A stretch of 48,306 nt of DNA from a virus: IMG/VR virus record IMGVR_UViG_3300001528_000120, positions 1-48,306 of that record. One strand, 5' to 3'. Each line of letters opens with the position of its first letter. Positions within the stretch are counted from its first letter, which is position 1. The notes under the pieces are model-generated. The model was not told where the DNA came from and ran no database searches. It worked only from the letters and a program-made list of their open reading frames with translations. Below are positions 40,956-48,306 of this stretch, piece by piece. The translations under genes and the position numbers were made by a program.

Positions 40956-41753
40956 TTAATCAACGATTTTGGCAGTGCCCCTGCATCGCGGATGATACGG
41001 CGGCGCAGTGACACCGACTTCATAGGCTTTCATCGGAAATACCCGACCGTTCATTTCTGCACATGTCGGGCAAGTCCGCTCATCCATCACTTCCACGTTT
41101 CGGAAATGTTTGTTTGGATAGAGAGCCTTGTACGCCTGCATCTTGGCGAGAGATGCAAACGCGGTCGCTTCTGTAAGAGCCAGCGTTGAAACATTCCTTT
41201 TCAGAGAATGTGCCACTTCCACCAACGCCATCGCAATGACCTCAGCTTGGTCGCTTCTCGCTATACCACGTTTTGTAGCAGTGGTCAGTTCGTACAGCAG
41301 CTTGTTCTTTTTCCCTTCAATCCGCTTGTCATAAGTGGTGGAATCTTGCCCCCACTTCGTTGCCAACACGTCCTCGGAGTCCAAATCAAATTTGAGCAGA
41401 CCAGCTTCGTAGCCAACGATGGTCACTCCGAGGTCATGCATTTTGGCAACATAGTCGGAAAGAAAGGTGCTTGTATGAAACGAGTATGTCAGGAACAATG
41501 CGTTATCTCGTCTTAGACGCTTGAGCTTCGTACAGTGCTCCCTATTAAAAGCGCGTAGCTCCTTCGTACTCAAATATCGGTGAGAATCAGCATACGTCAT
41601 CTTCCCGTTCTTGGCATATTTTCTATACCAAACGTGGAAGTCGTTTGTGACGTTGTTGCTATATTGGCTCATGAGGGCAAGGATTGCAGCGACCGTTTCC
41701 AAAGCCTTGTCGTGCTCTTTCTGTTCGGTCTCAAGCAGTTCTTTGTCAGTCAT
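40956..41753 (-). CDS. Head morphogenesis protein (SPP1 gp7 / Mu F family)
   Basis: C-terminal DERTCPTCAEMNGRVFPM...PPYHPRCRGT signature. Confidence 0.8.
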   Translation of the reverse strand: MTDKELLETEQKEHDKALETVAAILALMSQYSNNVTNDFHVWYRKYAKNGKMTYADSHRYLSTKELRAFNREHCTKLKRLRRDNALFLTYSFHTSTFLSDYVAKMHDLGVTIVGYEAGLLKFDLDSEDVLATKWGQDSTTYDKRIEGKKNKLLYELTTATKRGIARSDQAEVIAMALVEVAHSLKRNVSTLALTEATAFASLAKMQAYKALYPNKHFRNVEVMDERTCPTCAEMNGRVFPMKAYEVGVTAPPYHPRCRGTAKIVD

Positions 41754-41755
41754 TG

Positions 41756-43159
41756 TTAATCACCTGACCCAGAGTCGTATAAGCCGTCACCCTTGTCGGT
41801 TTTGGCGTTGATTGCATTGAACTGTTCCATCTCGTCCATCTCCTGCTGTTTATCTTCTTCCAGCAACGACATCTCGCGCTGTACATCAGATACCCACGGA
41901 TGTCTGGACAGGATGGTCTGTTTGGAAATAATACCAACAGATTTGACGCAAGCATCAATCGTGGCATCCTCATTGATGAAAATGTCGCGGTTGAATACGA
42001 ACTCAACCTTGGTGTCGGAGAAATCGCCTTTACCCTTCGCCGCCAGATAGGTGTCGATGAACCATTTCAGTTCACCAAGACCAGCTTGGAACTCGCTTTC
42101 CATCGTGTCGATGTCCAAATCAATGTCGGTGTACATCGACTCAATGTTCATCTGGTTCGGGTCTCCGTCCATGCGCTCCTCTTTGGCATCAAAGCCACGA
42201 CCGTTTTCCATGATCGCTCGTTTGAGCTGCATGAGGATTGCTTGGTAGTTCTGGGCGTTTACGTCCACCTTCAAGGTGTCGATACCACCCTGTACACCGT
42301 CCACGGTCTGTACCTTGACTGCACCATACGTGGCAAGGTTGCGCCGAAACGTTCCCAAGTCAGTACCGTCATAGTTCTTGATAATCAGGATAGTATTGCG
42401 GGGATCTTCCTCCATGTTGTTTTGAAAGTCACTCAACACTTGGTTTAGAGAGTCCTGTAAGCACTTGACGTTCTGGATGAGTGGAATCTCATCTTCGTTG
42501 TACCGGAACGGGATAAGCGGAACTTTGTCCCAGTTCGCTGGTTGCCCGTTCACCACCAAATAATCCGTATGCGGGCTGGTTTTGTCTGGAATCAGTGAGC
42601 CGCCCAACCGCACATAGCGGTCAATGCCGTGGCGGGTGTAGACCTCCACGCGCTCAACGGTGCGGATTGAACCGTTATCGAAAACGTCCTCTGGGTAGAA
42701 ACGCATCGCGCCAGATAATGTAGTATGGGAAGCATCCGTCCAAACCGGACATATCTCGTAGGACGGGAAGATCGCGGTGTTGAACTCGCCAGCTTCGTCC
42801 ACATACGGATGCATCCAGCCGATACCAAAGTTGACAGCGCACTTGGACATGCGCCTAATACGCATTGCCATTCGCTTGTCAAAGATGTCGTTCAGCTCTT
42901 CCAAATATGTGTCGTCGGAAGTAGCTACCGTAATCGGTTTACCAAGCGCATAGTTGGTTTTCTGGTCAACCAGCTTCTTATACTGGTTATCCACCAAACG
43001 ATTGTTGGGGAGGTTGTGAACTACGTCTTTACCGCCCGACTCGTTGATGACGGTTCGCTCTCGGCTTAAAATGTCATGCTTACCAAGATAGTACCGTTCG
43101 CCAAGTAGCATGTTCTTGCGCTGGTCAGAGTCAATCCACATGTTGAGCAGCTTTTCCAA
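41756..43159 (-). CDS. Portal protein (SPP1 gp6-like); the true start may lie upstream at 43231
   Basis: 467 aa. RYYLGKHDI...NNRLVDNQYKKLVDQKTNY. The frame stays open 24 codons upstream, back to an ATA placed 7 nt after GGAGGTG. Confidence 0.8.
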   Translation of the reverse strand: MEKLLNMWIDSDQRKNMLLGERYYLGKHDILSRERTVINESGGKDVVHNLPNNRLVDNQYKKLVDQKTNYALGKPITVATSDDTYLEELNDIFDKRMAMRIRRMSKCAVNFGIGWMHPYVDEAGEFNTAIFPSYEICPVWTDASHTTLSGAMRFYPEDVFDNGSIRTVERVEVYTRHGIDRYVRLGGSLIPDKTSPHTDYLVVNGQPANWDKVPLIPFRYNEDEIPLIQNVKCLQDSLNQVLSDFQNNMEEDPRNTILIIKNYDGTDLGTFRRNLATYGAVKVQTVDGVQGGIDTLKVDVNAQNYQAILMQLKRAIMENGRGFDAKEERMDGDPNQMNIESMYTDIDLDIDTMESEFQAGLGELKWFIDTYLAAKGKGDFSDTKVEFVFNRDIFINEDATIDACVKSVGIISKQTILSRHPWVSDVQREMSLLEEDKQQEMDEMEQFNAINAKTDKGDGLYDSGSGD

Positions 43160-43246
43160 ATATTTAATGTCTGGGGTTGTGCTCGGACTGACTGGTAACT
43201 CTCTTGGCTTGAGCCAGCTAAAAATGCCTATTGTTCTTCACCTCCG

Positions 43247-44680
43247 TCAACTAAAGCTGTACAGATTGCCGCGTCCAACCTTCTCTGCCAAACCTGTCAG
43301 AGCGTCCGGCGCGTCATCGTGTTTATTCTTGCCCTCTTTCTGATACTTGTAGAGGGCATCGTAAAATTCTGGGTATTTTGTTTTCCAGTCAGCAGGGAAA
43401 TAAATGTGATCCATGCACCAAGTAGCATTCGAGAGGATTCGTGCTACCTTGTTTTTGGACTGGTAAAACAGATTGAAGTGCACTCTGTTGGAGTGGTATT
43501 TGTCGTACATGATTCGCTGTACGGAGCGTCCAAAACCACGACCACCGTTGTTGGACTCGATGTCGGCTACCTGTACGCCCAAATCGTGAAGTCGTTTCGC
43601 TACGAGCGGTTCGGTAATTTCCATCGCTTCCTTGGTGTAAATGACATCCAAAACATAACACTCGTTGAGGTATACGCCGTATGTGATGGAACAAAGGTAA
43701 TCTTCGCCCTTGTCGGCAGTATCGGTGTAGTTCTTGACCTCGAAGAACGCTGGTTCGCCAAGTTTAGCGTCACCGACTGGTTTCTCGCGGGGAATGTCAT
43801 CGTAGGTTTTGAAGTGGGTATAGAGTCTGCCTTGCAAGTCAATCGGGTGCTGACCATAGTTCGCCAGAACAATGTCTTTACCCATCATGTTCGCTTTGTC
43901 CTCATAATCCTCGCGGTTCAATACATCGTCACAGAGCATTGAGCCGTCAGGAAGTGGAGTAGGCATGTTGACATGTACCAAAGCATCGGGGTTGACCTTG
44001 CTATAATGGTCAAGGACTCGTCCTGCCAAATCGGCAGAGTGCCAACGAGTCATGATGACGATGACCTTGCCACCGGACTCCAAACGGGAGAGCATTGTAT
44101 TGGTGAACCACTCCCAGTGGTTGTCCAAAACAGTCTCGTTATTGGCTTCCTCAGCGTTCTTAATCAAGTCATCTATGAGAAGCAGTGATGCACCGAAACC
44201 AGTGGCAGTACCGGACGGCGAGGTTGCCAGATAATTGGCGTGCTGTCCTTCCAACGACCACAGGTTCGCCGCGCCGTCACCACGTTTGATACGGTTGTGA
44301 GGGAAAATCTCTCGGTAAACCACGCGGTCGGCATCTGCTTTTCTCTCCATGATGTCGTTTCGTACACCACGTGAGAAGGTGGTGGAAAGAGTCTCGTTAT
44401 AAGAGCCAGTCATAATTTTCTCTTTTGGACTCTTTCCGAGTACCCACTCCACAAAAAGCTGCGCCGTTCGGCTCTTGCCGTGACGTGGTGGCATGTTTAC
44501 CACCAACACTTTCTTGTCAGAGTAGTAAAAGTCCTGCAATGTGTTGCAGAAATTCTTGAGGTACGTTCGACCTTCTTTATAAAAATCTGGGGCTTTGAGT
44601 TTACAATACTCCCAGAAAGTCAAGCGTGCCAGTTGAAGTTTGGCTTGGTAGACAAGCAGTTTCTTTTGATCTTCTCGCAA
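43247..44680 (-). CDS. terL: Terminase large subunit
   Basis: TTG start 7 nt after AGGAGG. Walker A VVNMPPRHGKS, LLLIDD Walker B-like motif, and C-terminal nuclease part. Confidence 0.9.
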   Translation of the reverse strand: MREDQKKLLVYQAKLQLARLTFWEYCKLKAPDFYKEGRTYLKNFCNTLQDFYYSDKKVLVVNMPPRHGKSRTAQLFVEWVLGKSPKEKIMTGSYNETLSTTFSRGVRNDIMERKADADRVVYREIFPHNRIKRGDGAANLWSLEGQHANYLATSPSGTATGFGASLLLIDDLIKNAEEANNETVLDNHWEWFTNTMLSRLESGGKVIVIMTRWHSADLAGRVLDHYSKVNPDALVHVNMPTPLPDGSMLCDDVLNREDYEDKANMMGKDIVLANYGQHPIDLQGRLYTHFKTYDDIPREKPVGDAKLGEPAFFEVKNYTDTADKGEDYLCSITYGVYLNECYVLDVIYTKEAMEITEPLVAKRLHDLGVQVADIESNNGGRGFGRSVQRIMYDKYHSNRVHFNLFYQSKNKVARILSNATWCMDHIYFPADWKTKYPEFYDALYKYQKEGKNKHDDAPDALTGLAEKVGRGNLYSFS

Positions 44681-44697
44681 GCCAGTCCCTCCTTCTG

Positions 44698-45207
44698 TTA
44701 CGCTGTTTTTGCGAAAATTGTTACATAGTAGTCTCCACTCGCCACGAGCGAGTCAGACGTTGCGAGTACCACGCCCGTGCCATCCACAAAGCTGAGAAAG
44801 CCAGTGGCAGCTTCGTCCAAACCACCAGATTTGAAGGTGGCTGAGACTGTGGTGGTGCTGGAACTGTGAATACCACGAATGCCGTAGTAATCGTCCAACG
44901 CCGCGCTCTTGGTGAACGGCGGTAAGAACAACTCAGAGAATACTATTTGGTTTTTGTCGTGCTGGTCATCGGTCTTTTGGACGCAGACTCGCAGAGCCTT
45001 GAACTTGGAGCGGTCAATCTGCGTGGCAGTTGACGCTACCAAACCAAACGACCTCAGCTCGTCCAGCGACCAAATCACTGGGTTGTCATCACCAATCGTC
45101 ATGGTCTTGGACTCGAACAACGCGCCGCCGCTACCATTATTACCAGTGACGTTCAGCGATACAAGTCGCGTCCATTCACCGTTTTCTTTATATCTAACAG
45201 TCGGCAT
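44698..45207 (-). CDS. Hypothetical protein at the end of the terS-terL insertion
   Basis: 169 aa with AGGAGG ribosome-binding site. No motif recognised. Confidence 0.55.
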   Translation of the reverse strand: MPTVRYKENGEWTRLVSLNVTGNNGSGGALFESKTMTIGDDNPVIWSLDELRSFGLVASTATQIDRSKFKALRVCVQKTDDQHDKNQIVFSELFLPPFTKSAALDDYYGIRGIHSSSTTTVSATFKSGGLDEAATGFLSFVDGTGVVLATSDSLVASGDYYVTIFAKTA

Positions 45208-45222
45208 GTTGTCCTCCTATCC

Positions 45223-46074
45223 TTAGATTCCACGTGTTACCAACAGTGTGCCACCATTCAAGGTGGGCAGTCCTGTCAGTTTACCGCCCGATACACCAAA
45301 CGTACAGGACGTTTTGGATGGGCTACCATATAGAGCCGATTTGTAATAACCGTCACCACAAAACGCATGAACAGTAGTGCTGCTGCCACCCCAACCACTA
45401 GATGATGTGGAGTAAGCGTATCCCCAAACCTTTATATCACCAGATGTTGTGGTGAAACTAACGGTCGGGTCGGTCGCGTCAATGGTATATGCTTCACAGT
45501 TGCCGTTGCCACCGCTTGACGTTGCCAGCGTACCAAGTACACCAAAAATGGAAACACCTTCTTTGATGTTCTCAGCGGTCAGGTTTGCGTCACCAGACAC
45601 AGTGACGCTTGACAGACCATTGTAACCATCGTCTGGCGCAACAGTCTGCTCTGATGCCGATGGGGTGACGATTTTCTCCTGAGTCGTAAACGTAGGCGGT
45701 TCATATGTACCAGTCACAGTAAGTCCTTCGGCACTTGTAAACGTCTTACCTTTCGTGACATCCGAAGCGGTTGCGTTACCAAACTGTGATCCATTACAAT
45801 TTAGAAAATACGATTGATCTTTTCGGATAAATCCATCGTTCCATGCTTTACCAGTAATTCTAATCCACGGAGCACCATTGATCGTAATTTGACTCGCCGT
45901 ATTGGTCTCATTGGTACCACTAATCGCATTCGCAAGTGTTCCCGTGACTTGTGCACCAGACTTGTCATGCGCCGTAACACCCTTTACCAAGTCCTTTGCT
46001 GTCACAGTATCGTTGACCAGATCAACAATGGTTTCATCGTTCACGATGACCTGATTTACAGTGGTAGCTGCCAT
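45223..46074 (-). CDS. Fibre-like protein, paralogue of the 46079-46651 product
   Basis: [32 protein letters not shown] and [26 protein letters not shown] are shared with its neighbour. Confidence 0.6.
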   Translation of the reverse strand: MAATTVNQVIVNDETIVDLVNDTVTAKDLVKGVTAHDKSGAQVTGTLANAISGTNETNTASQITINGAPWIRITGKAWNDGFIRKDQSYFLNCNGSQFGNATASDVTKGKTFTSAEGLTVTGTYEPPTFTTQEKIVTPSASEQTVAPDDGYNGLSSVTVSGDANLTAENIKEGVSIFGVLGTLATSSGGNGNCEAYTIDATDPTVSFTTTSGDIKVWGYAYSTSSSGWGGSSTTVHAFCGDGYYKSALYGSPSKTSCTFGVSGGKLTGLPTLNGGTLLVTRGI

Positions 46075-46078
46075 TCAA

Positions 46079-46651
46079 TCACCCGATTGTTACAGTGATG
46101 CCGCCAGCGGCATTCTCTGCTTCCACGTATGGGATTTTCTCAACGGTTACAGCAGATAGGTAGTCGTAACCGCTATCCGGTTGAACCGTCTGAGCAGTTG
46201 CTTTCGGCGTTACGGTTTTGGTCTGTGCCTTGATGGATGCACCAGAGTAAGTACCCGTCACGCCGAGAATAGATACACCAGATTTGATGTTACCAGCAAC
46301 GATCTTGTTCTGCTCAGTGGTGCTGATCGCTACTTTACCAGAGCCATCGTGGTAGCCCTGCGGCACAGTGTACGAACCAGCTTTGGTGGAGATAGTACCA
46401 GTAACCGCGCCGTTATTCGGCATTGTACCAGTAATCTTGCTACCACGTGCGTATGCGGTTTTACCAGTCAGCATTTCTGCGACTGCCACGGTTGCGTCAG
46501 TGGTATCACTGTCCTTGGTACTTGTACCAGTGATAGCTGCGCCTGATTTATCGTGGGCGGTGATTCCCTTTGCCAGCTTATCAGCCGACACGGTGTCACC
46601 GCTAATATCAATCAACGTGTTTCCGTTGTAAATAACCTTGTTTACTGCCAA
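46079..46651 (-). CDS. Fibre-like protein
   Basis: TTG start 9 nt after [52 protein letters not shown] and KTVTPKATAQTVQPDSGYDYLSAVTV. Confidence 0.6.
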   Translation of the reverse strand: MAVNKVIYNGNTLIDISGDTVSADKLAKGITAHDKSGAAITGTSTKDSDTTDATVAVAEMLTGKTAYARGSKITGTMPNNGAVTGTISTKAGSYTVPQGYHDGSGKVAISTTEQNKIVAGNIKSGVSILGVTGTYSGASIKAQTKTVTPKATAQTVQPDSGYDYLSAVTVEKIPYVEAENAAGGITVTIG

Positions 46652-46654
46652 AGA

Positions 46655-47113
46655 TTAAACCTCCGATGCTATGTAAACGGTCGTTCCAGTCTGATTGGAT
46701 GTCTCGAAGTATGGGACGCTGTTAATCGTGACATCTTCGGTCATCTGCTTACCAGCGCATTCCAACGACTGCGATTCAGCCTTTGGCGTGACCACATAGT
46801 TGCCAGTGTAGGCTTCGATGTCCTTTACACCAAGATTGGAACGAACCTCTTTTTTCTGTTCGTCTGTAAGTGACTGGCTGAGTTCTACCAAAACATTGGC
46901 ATTGTCCTCAGATGGGTTCACCCACAATTGGACGGCTGGGTCGGTCGGTTCGGTGTCCGATACGACTACGCCAGCGTTGCCAGTATCACCCTTGTCACCT
47001 TTGTCTCCCTTGTCACCTTTGTCTCCCTTATCGCCTTTTAAGACGGTTACGTCTGAGAGGTTGCCAGAAAAGTTCTCGTCATCGTTGAAGGACGCGTTAA
47101 ATGTGAAGTTCAT
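46655..47113 (-). CDS. Collagen-like repeat protein (fibre-like)
   Basis: (GDK)5-GDT-GNA-G triple-helix motif, then TEPTDPAVQLWVNP and a VVTPKAESQ module. Confidence 0.65.
   Translation of the reverse strand: MNFTFNASFNDDENFSGNLSDVTVLKGDKGDKGDKGDKGDKGDTGNAGVVVSDTEPTDPAVQLWVNPSEDNANVLVELSQSLTDEQKKEVRSNLGVKDIEAYTGNYVVTPKAESQSLECAGKQMTEDVTINSVPYFETSNQTGTTVYIASEV
46991..47035. repeat. In-frame 9/18-bp tandem repeat encoding (GDK)5
   Basis: cttgtcacc tttgtctcc cttgtcacc tttgtctcc cttatcgcc. Confidence 0.9.
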
Positions 47114-47427
47114 GCCATCGCTCCTTCCAAAATAGACGGGTCAACGCGCGTGTACATAATGTTGGACGTTGCGACTGTACCACTATTGGTTCTCAGCCGC
47201 AGCTGCATCTTCACATCGTTCAGCGCGCCACTCTCGGAGAACAGCAACGTGTCCTCCTGCGTGAGCGGCACTTCCAAAACATTGTCGGTCAGCTTACACT
47301 GATCGCCGCTCTTTACCAAAACAACGTTGCCGCGCTGGGAGTACGTGACCTCGGCGGCGGCGATGCCCATTACCAACATATTGGCGGGGATGGTGAACTT
47401 GTGCGTAGGCGCACTACCTCGTATCAT
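47110..47427 (-). CDS. Hypothetical beta-rich protein
   Basis: 105 aa with ATGA coupling to terS at 47424-47427 and to the collagen-like gene at 47110-47113. Confidence 0.55.
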   Translation of the reverse strand: MIRGSAPTHKFTIPANMLVMGIAAAEVTYSQRGNVVLVKSGDQCKLTDNVLEVPLTQEDTLLFSESGALNDVKMQLRLRTNSGTVATSNIMYTRVDPSILEGAMA

Positions 47428-47855
47428 TCAGCATCCTCCTGTTCCTGCGAGACAATCAGCTTTTTCAGCTCGTCTGCGCTCATCTCACCAAAGTTGATAT
47501 TGGTGGTCTGATCGCCACCTGTGTTCGCGTCTGTGTAGACCGCGTTCATCTTATTTATAATGTCCAAAGCACGGAGACGATTTCCGGTTGCTTCGTTTTC
47601 ATCCAGTGCAATCTTCCAAAGTTCGGCTTTAGACGATTCATATTCGTCTTTAACGGAGTCGAATTTGACCCTATCCAGTTCACGTAAATACTCGATGACG
47701 AGCGGGTGTTTCATCAGCTTGCTAGCCAACGCATTACAGCTATTCGGGTTGTGGTTGTCATACGCTTTTTCGTATGCTTTCGCCTGCGATTCGCCATTAT
47801 TTATGTAGTGGCAGAACAATTTCATCTGATGCTTCATCACGGGTCTGGCTGGCAT
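47424..47855 (-). CDS. terS: Terminase small subunit (Terminase_2-like)
   Basis: GGAGGTG ribosome-binding site. KLFCHYINNGESQAKAYEKAY...NALASKLMKHPLVIEYL is the typical N-terminal HTH region. Confidence 0.75.
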   Translation of the reverse strand: MPARPVMKHQMKLFCHYINNGESQAKAYEKAYDNHNPNSCNALASKLMKHPLVIEYLRELDRVKFDSVKDEYESSKAELWKIALDENEATGNRLRALDIINKMNAVYTDANTGGDQTTNINFGEMSADELKKLIVSQEQEDAE

Positions 47856-48004
47856 CCAAATTCACCTCCAAAACGGCTTAACAAAAAGCCTGCGATTTTC
47901 TTCATACTTAACCGCGCTTTCGGCGGCTCTTAACATAGTGCTCGCTCTCGATCAGGCGGGCGGCTACCAAATCATCGAAAAACTTCATTTTACAAGTACC
48001 TTTC

Positions 48005-48032
48005 ATTTTATGAAAATAGTGTTTGAGTCCAA
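48005..48032 (-). promoter_or_regulatory. Candidate promoter for the packaging/late operon (TTGGAC-N16-TAAAAT)
   Basis: Minus strand: ttggac tcaaacactattttca taaaat, about 150 nt upstream of terS. Confidence 0.35.
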
Positions 48033-48231
48033 AATTTTTTTAGGGTAGGGACTCATAGCAACACTAACAAATCTCTGCCCCTTCGCCCTTCTCTCATTCT
48101 TGTCATTACAAACAATTGTGAATCATCAAAAACTGAGTAACAACGACTTTCATTCAATGCAAACAATAACCTATGTTCTTTTGTGTTACCAAAAAATATG
48201 TAATAGATAATCATGAGCATTGATGAGAATA

Positions 48232-48306
48232 GGCTTGCTTGCTTTGTGTGTATACTACGTGTATACTGGCGGGCTATGAATACACGTTGGAGAAGTGCAC
48301 CGCCAA
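48232..48306. repeat. Terminal overlap identical to 1-75
   Basis: Exact 75-nt identity with the start of the window. Confidence 0.95.

Noticed and set aside
44698-47427. Diversity-generating retroelement acting on the fibre-like genes
   Set aside because: No reverse transcriptase ORF exists anywhere in the genome, and I saw no template/variable repeat pair at the DNA level.
1-48306. Prophage embedded in host DNA with flanking att sites
   Set aside because: No host-type genes are present and the ends overlap each other, so the window is the phage genome itself, not an integrated copy.

Overview
The window is a complete phage genome. Its first 75 nt are identical to its last 75 nt, so the unique length is about 48.23 kb and the assembly is probably circular. 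It looks like a temperate, contractile-tailed phage of an anaerobic Firmicute: AGGAGG ribosome-binding sites, many TTG starts, an XkdK-to-XkdU-like tail and baseplate module, and an anaerobic ribonucleotide reductase. Every credible gene is on the minus strand except the tyrosine integrase (22046-23068, +).

Minus-strand order, from high to low coordinates:
- terS
- a 2.7-kb block of fibre-like and collagen-like genes
- terL, portal, head morphogenesis, scaffold and capsid genes
- connector, sheath and tube genes
- tail chaperone with a -1 frameshift, then tape measure
- baseplate and fibres
- holin and endolysin, then a tail-collar fibre
- integrase (+)
- repeat array B
- tRNA-Lys, three small fibre-like ORFs, tRNA-Asn and a tRNA-like element
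- helix-turn-helix (HTH) genes
- recombination, replication and nucleotide-metabolism genes: ERCC4 nuclease, Cas4-like/Sak4-like fusion, DUF669, PolB, ThyX-like protein, primase-helicase, sigma factor, and nrdD split by a group I intron carrying an HNH endonuclease
- small Cys-rich and membrane ORFs
- repeat array A
- accessory genes

The least ordinary observations:
1. Two diverged, colinear, inverted copies (~450 bp each) of a GTGACA-box iteron plus cruciform element bracket the whole 15.8-kb replication module.
2. Three tandem paralogous DUF2577-type spike proteins each carry a different peptidoglycan hydrolase domain (NlpC/P60, M23, 3D).
3. Fibre-like genes are scattered over four loci, including between terS and terL and between tRNA genes.
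4. A 46-nt promoter module aligns without gaps five times, with one further degenerate copy.
5. A perfect-consensus plus-strand promoter fires into an ATTTGCA heptad array.

All functional calls come from motif recognition by eye. No database search was run.
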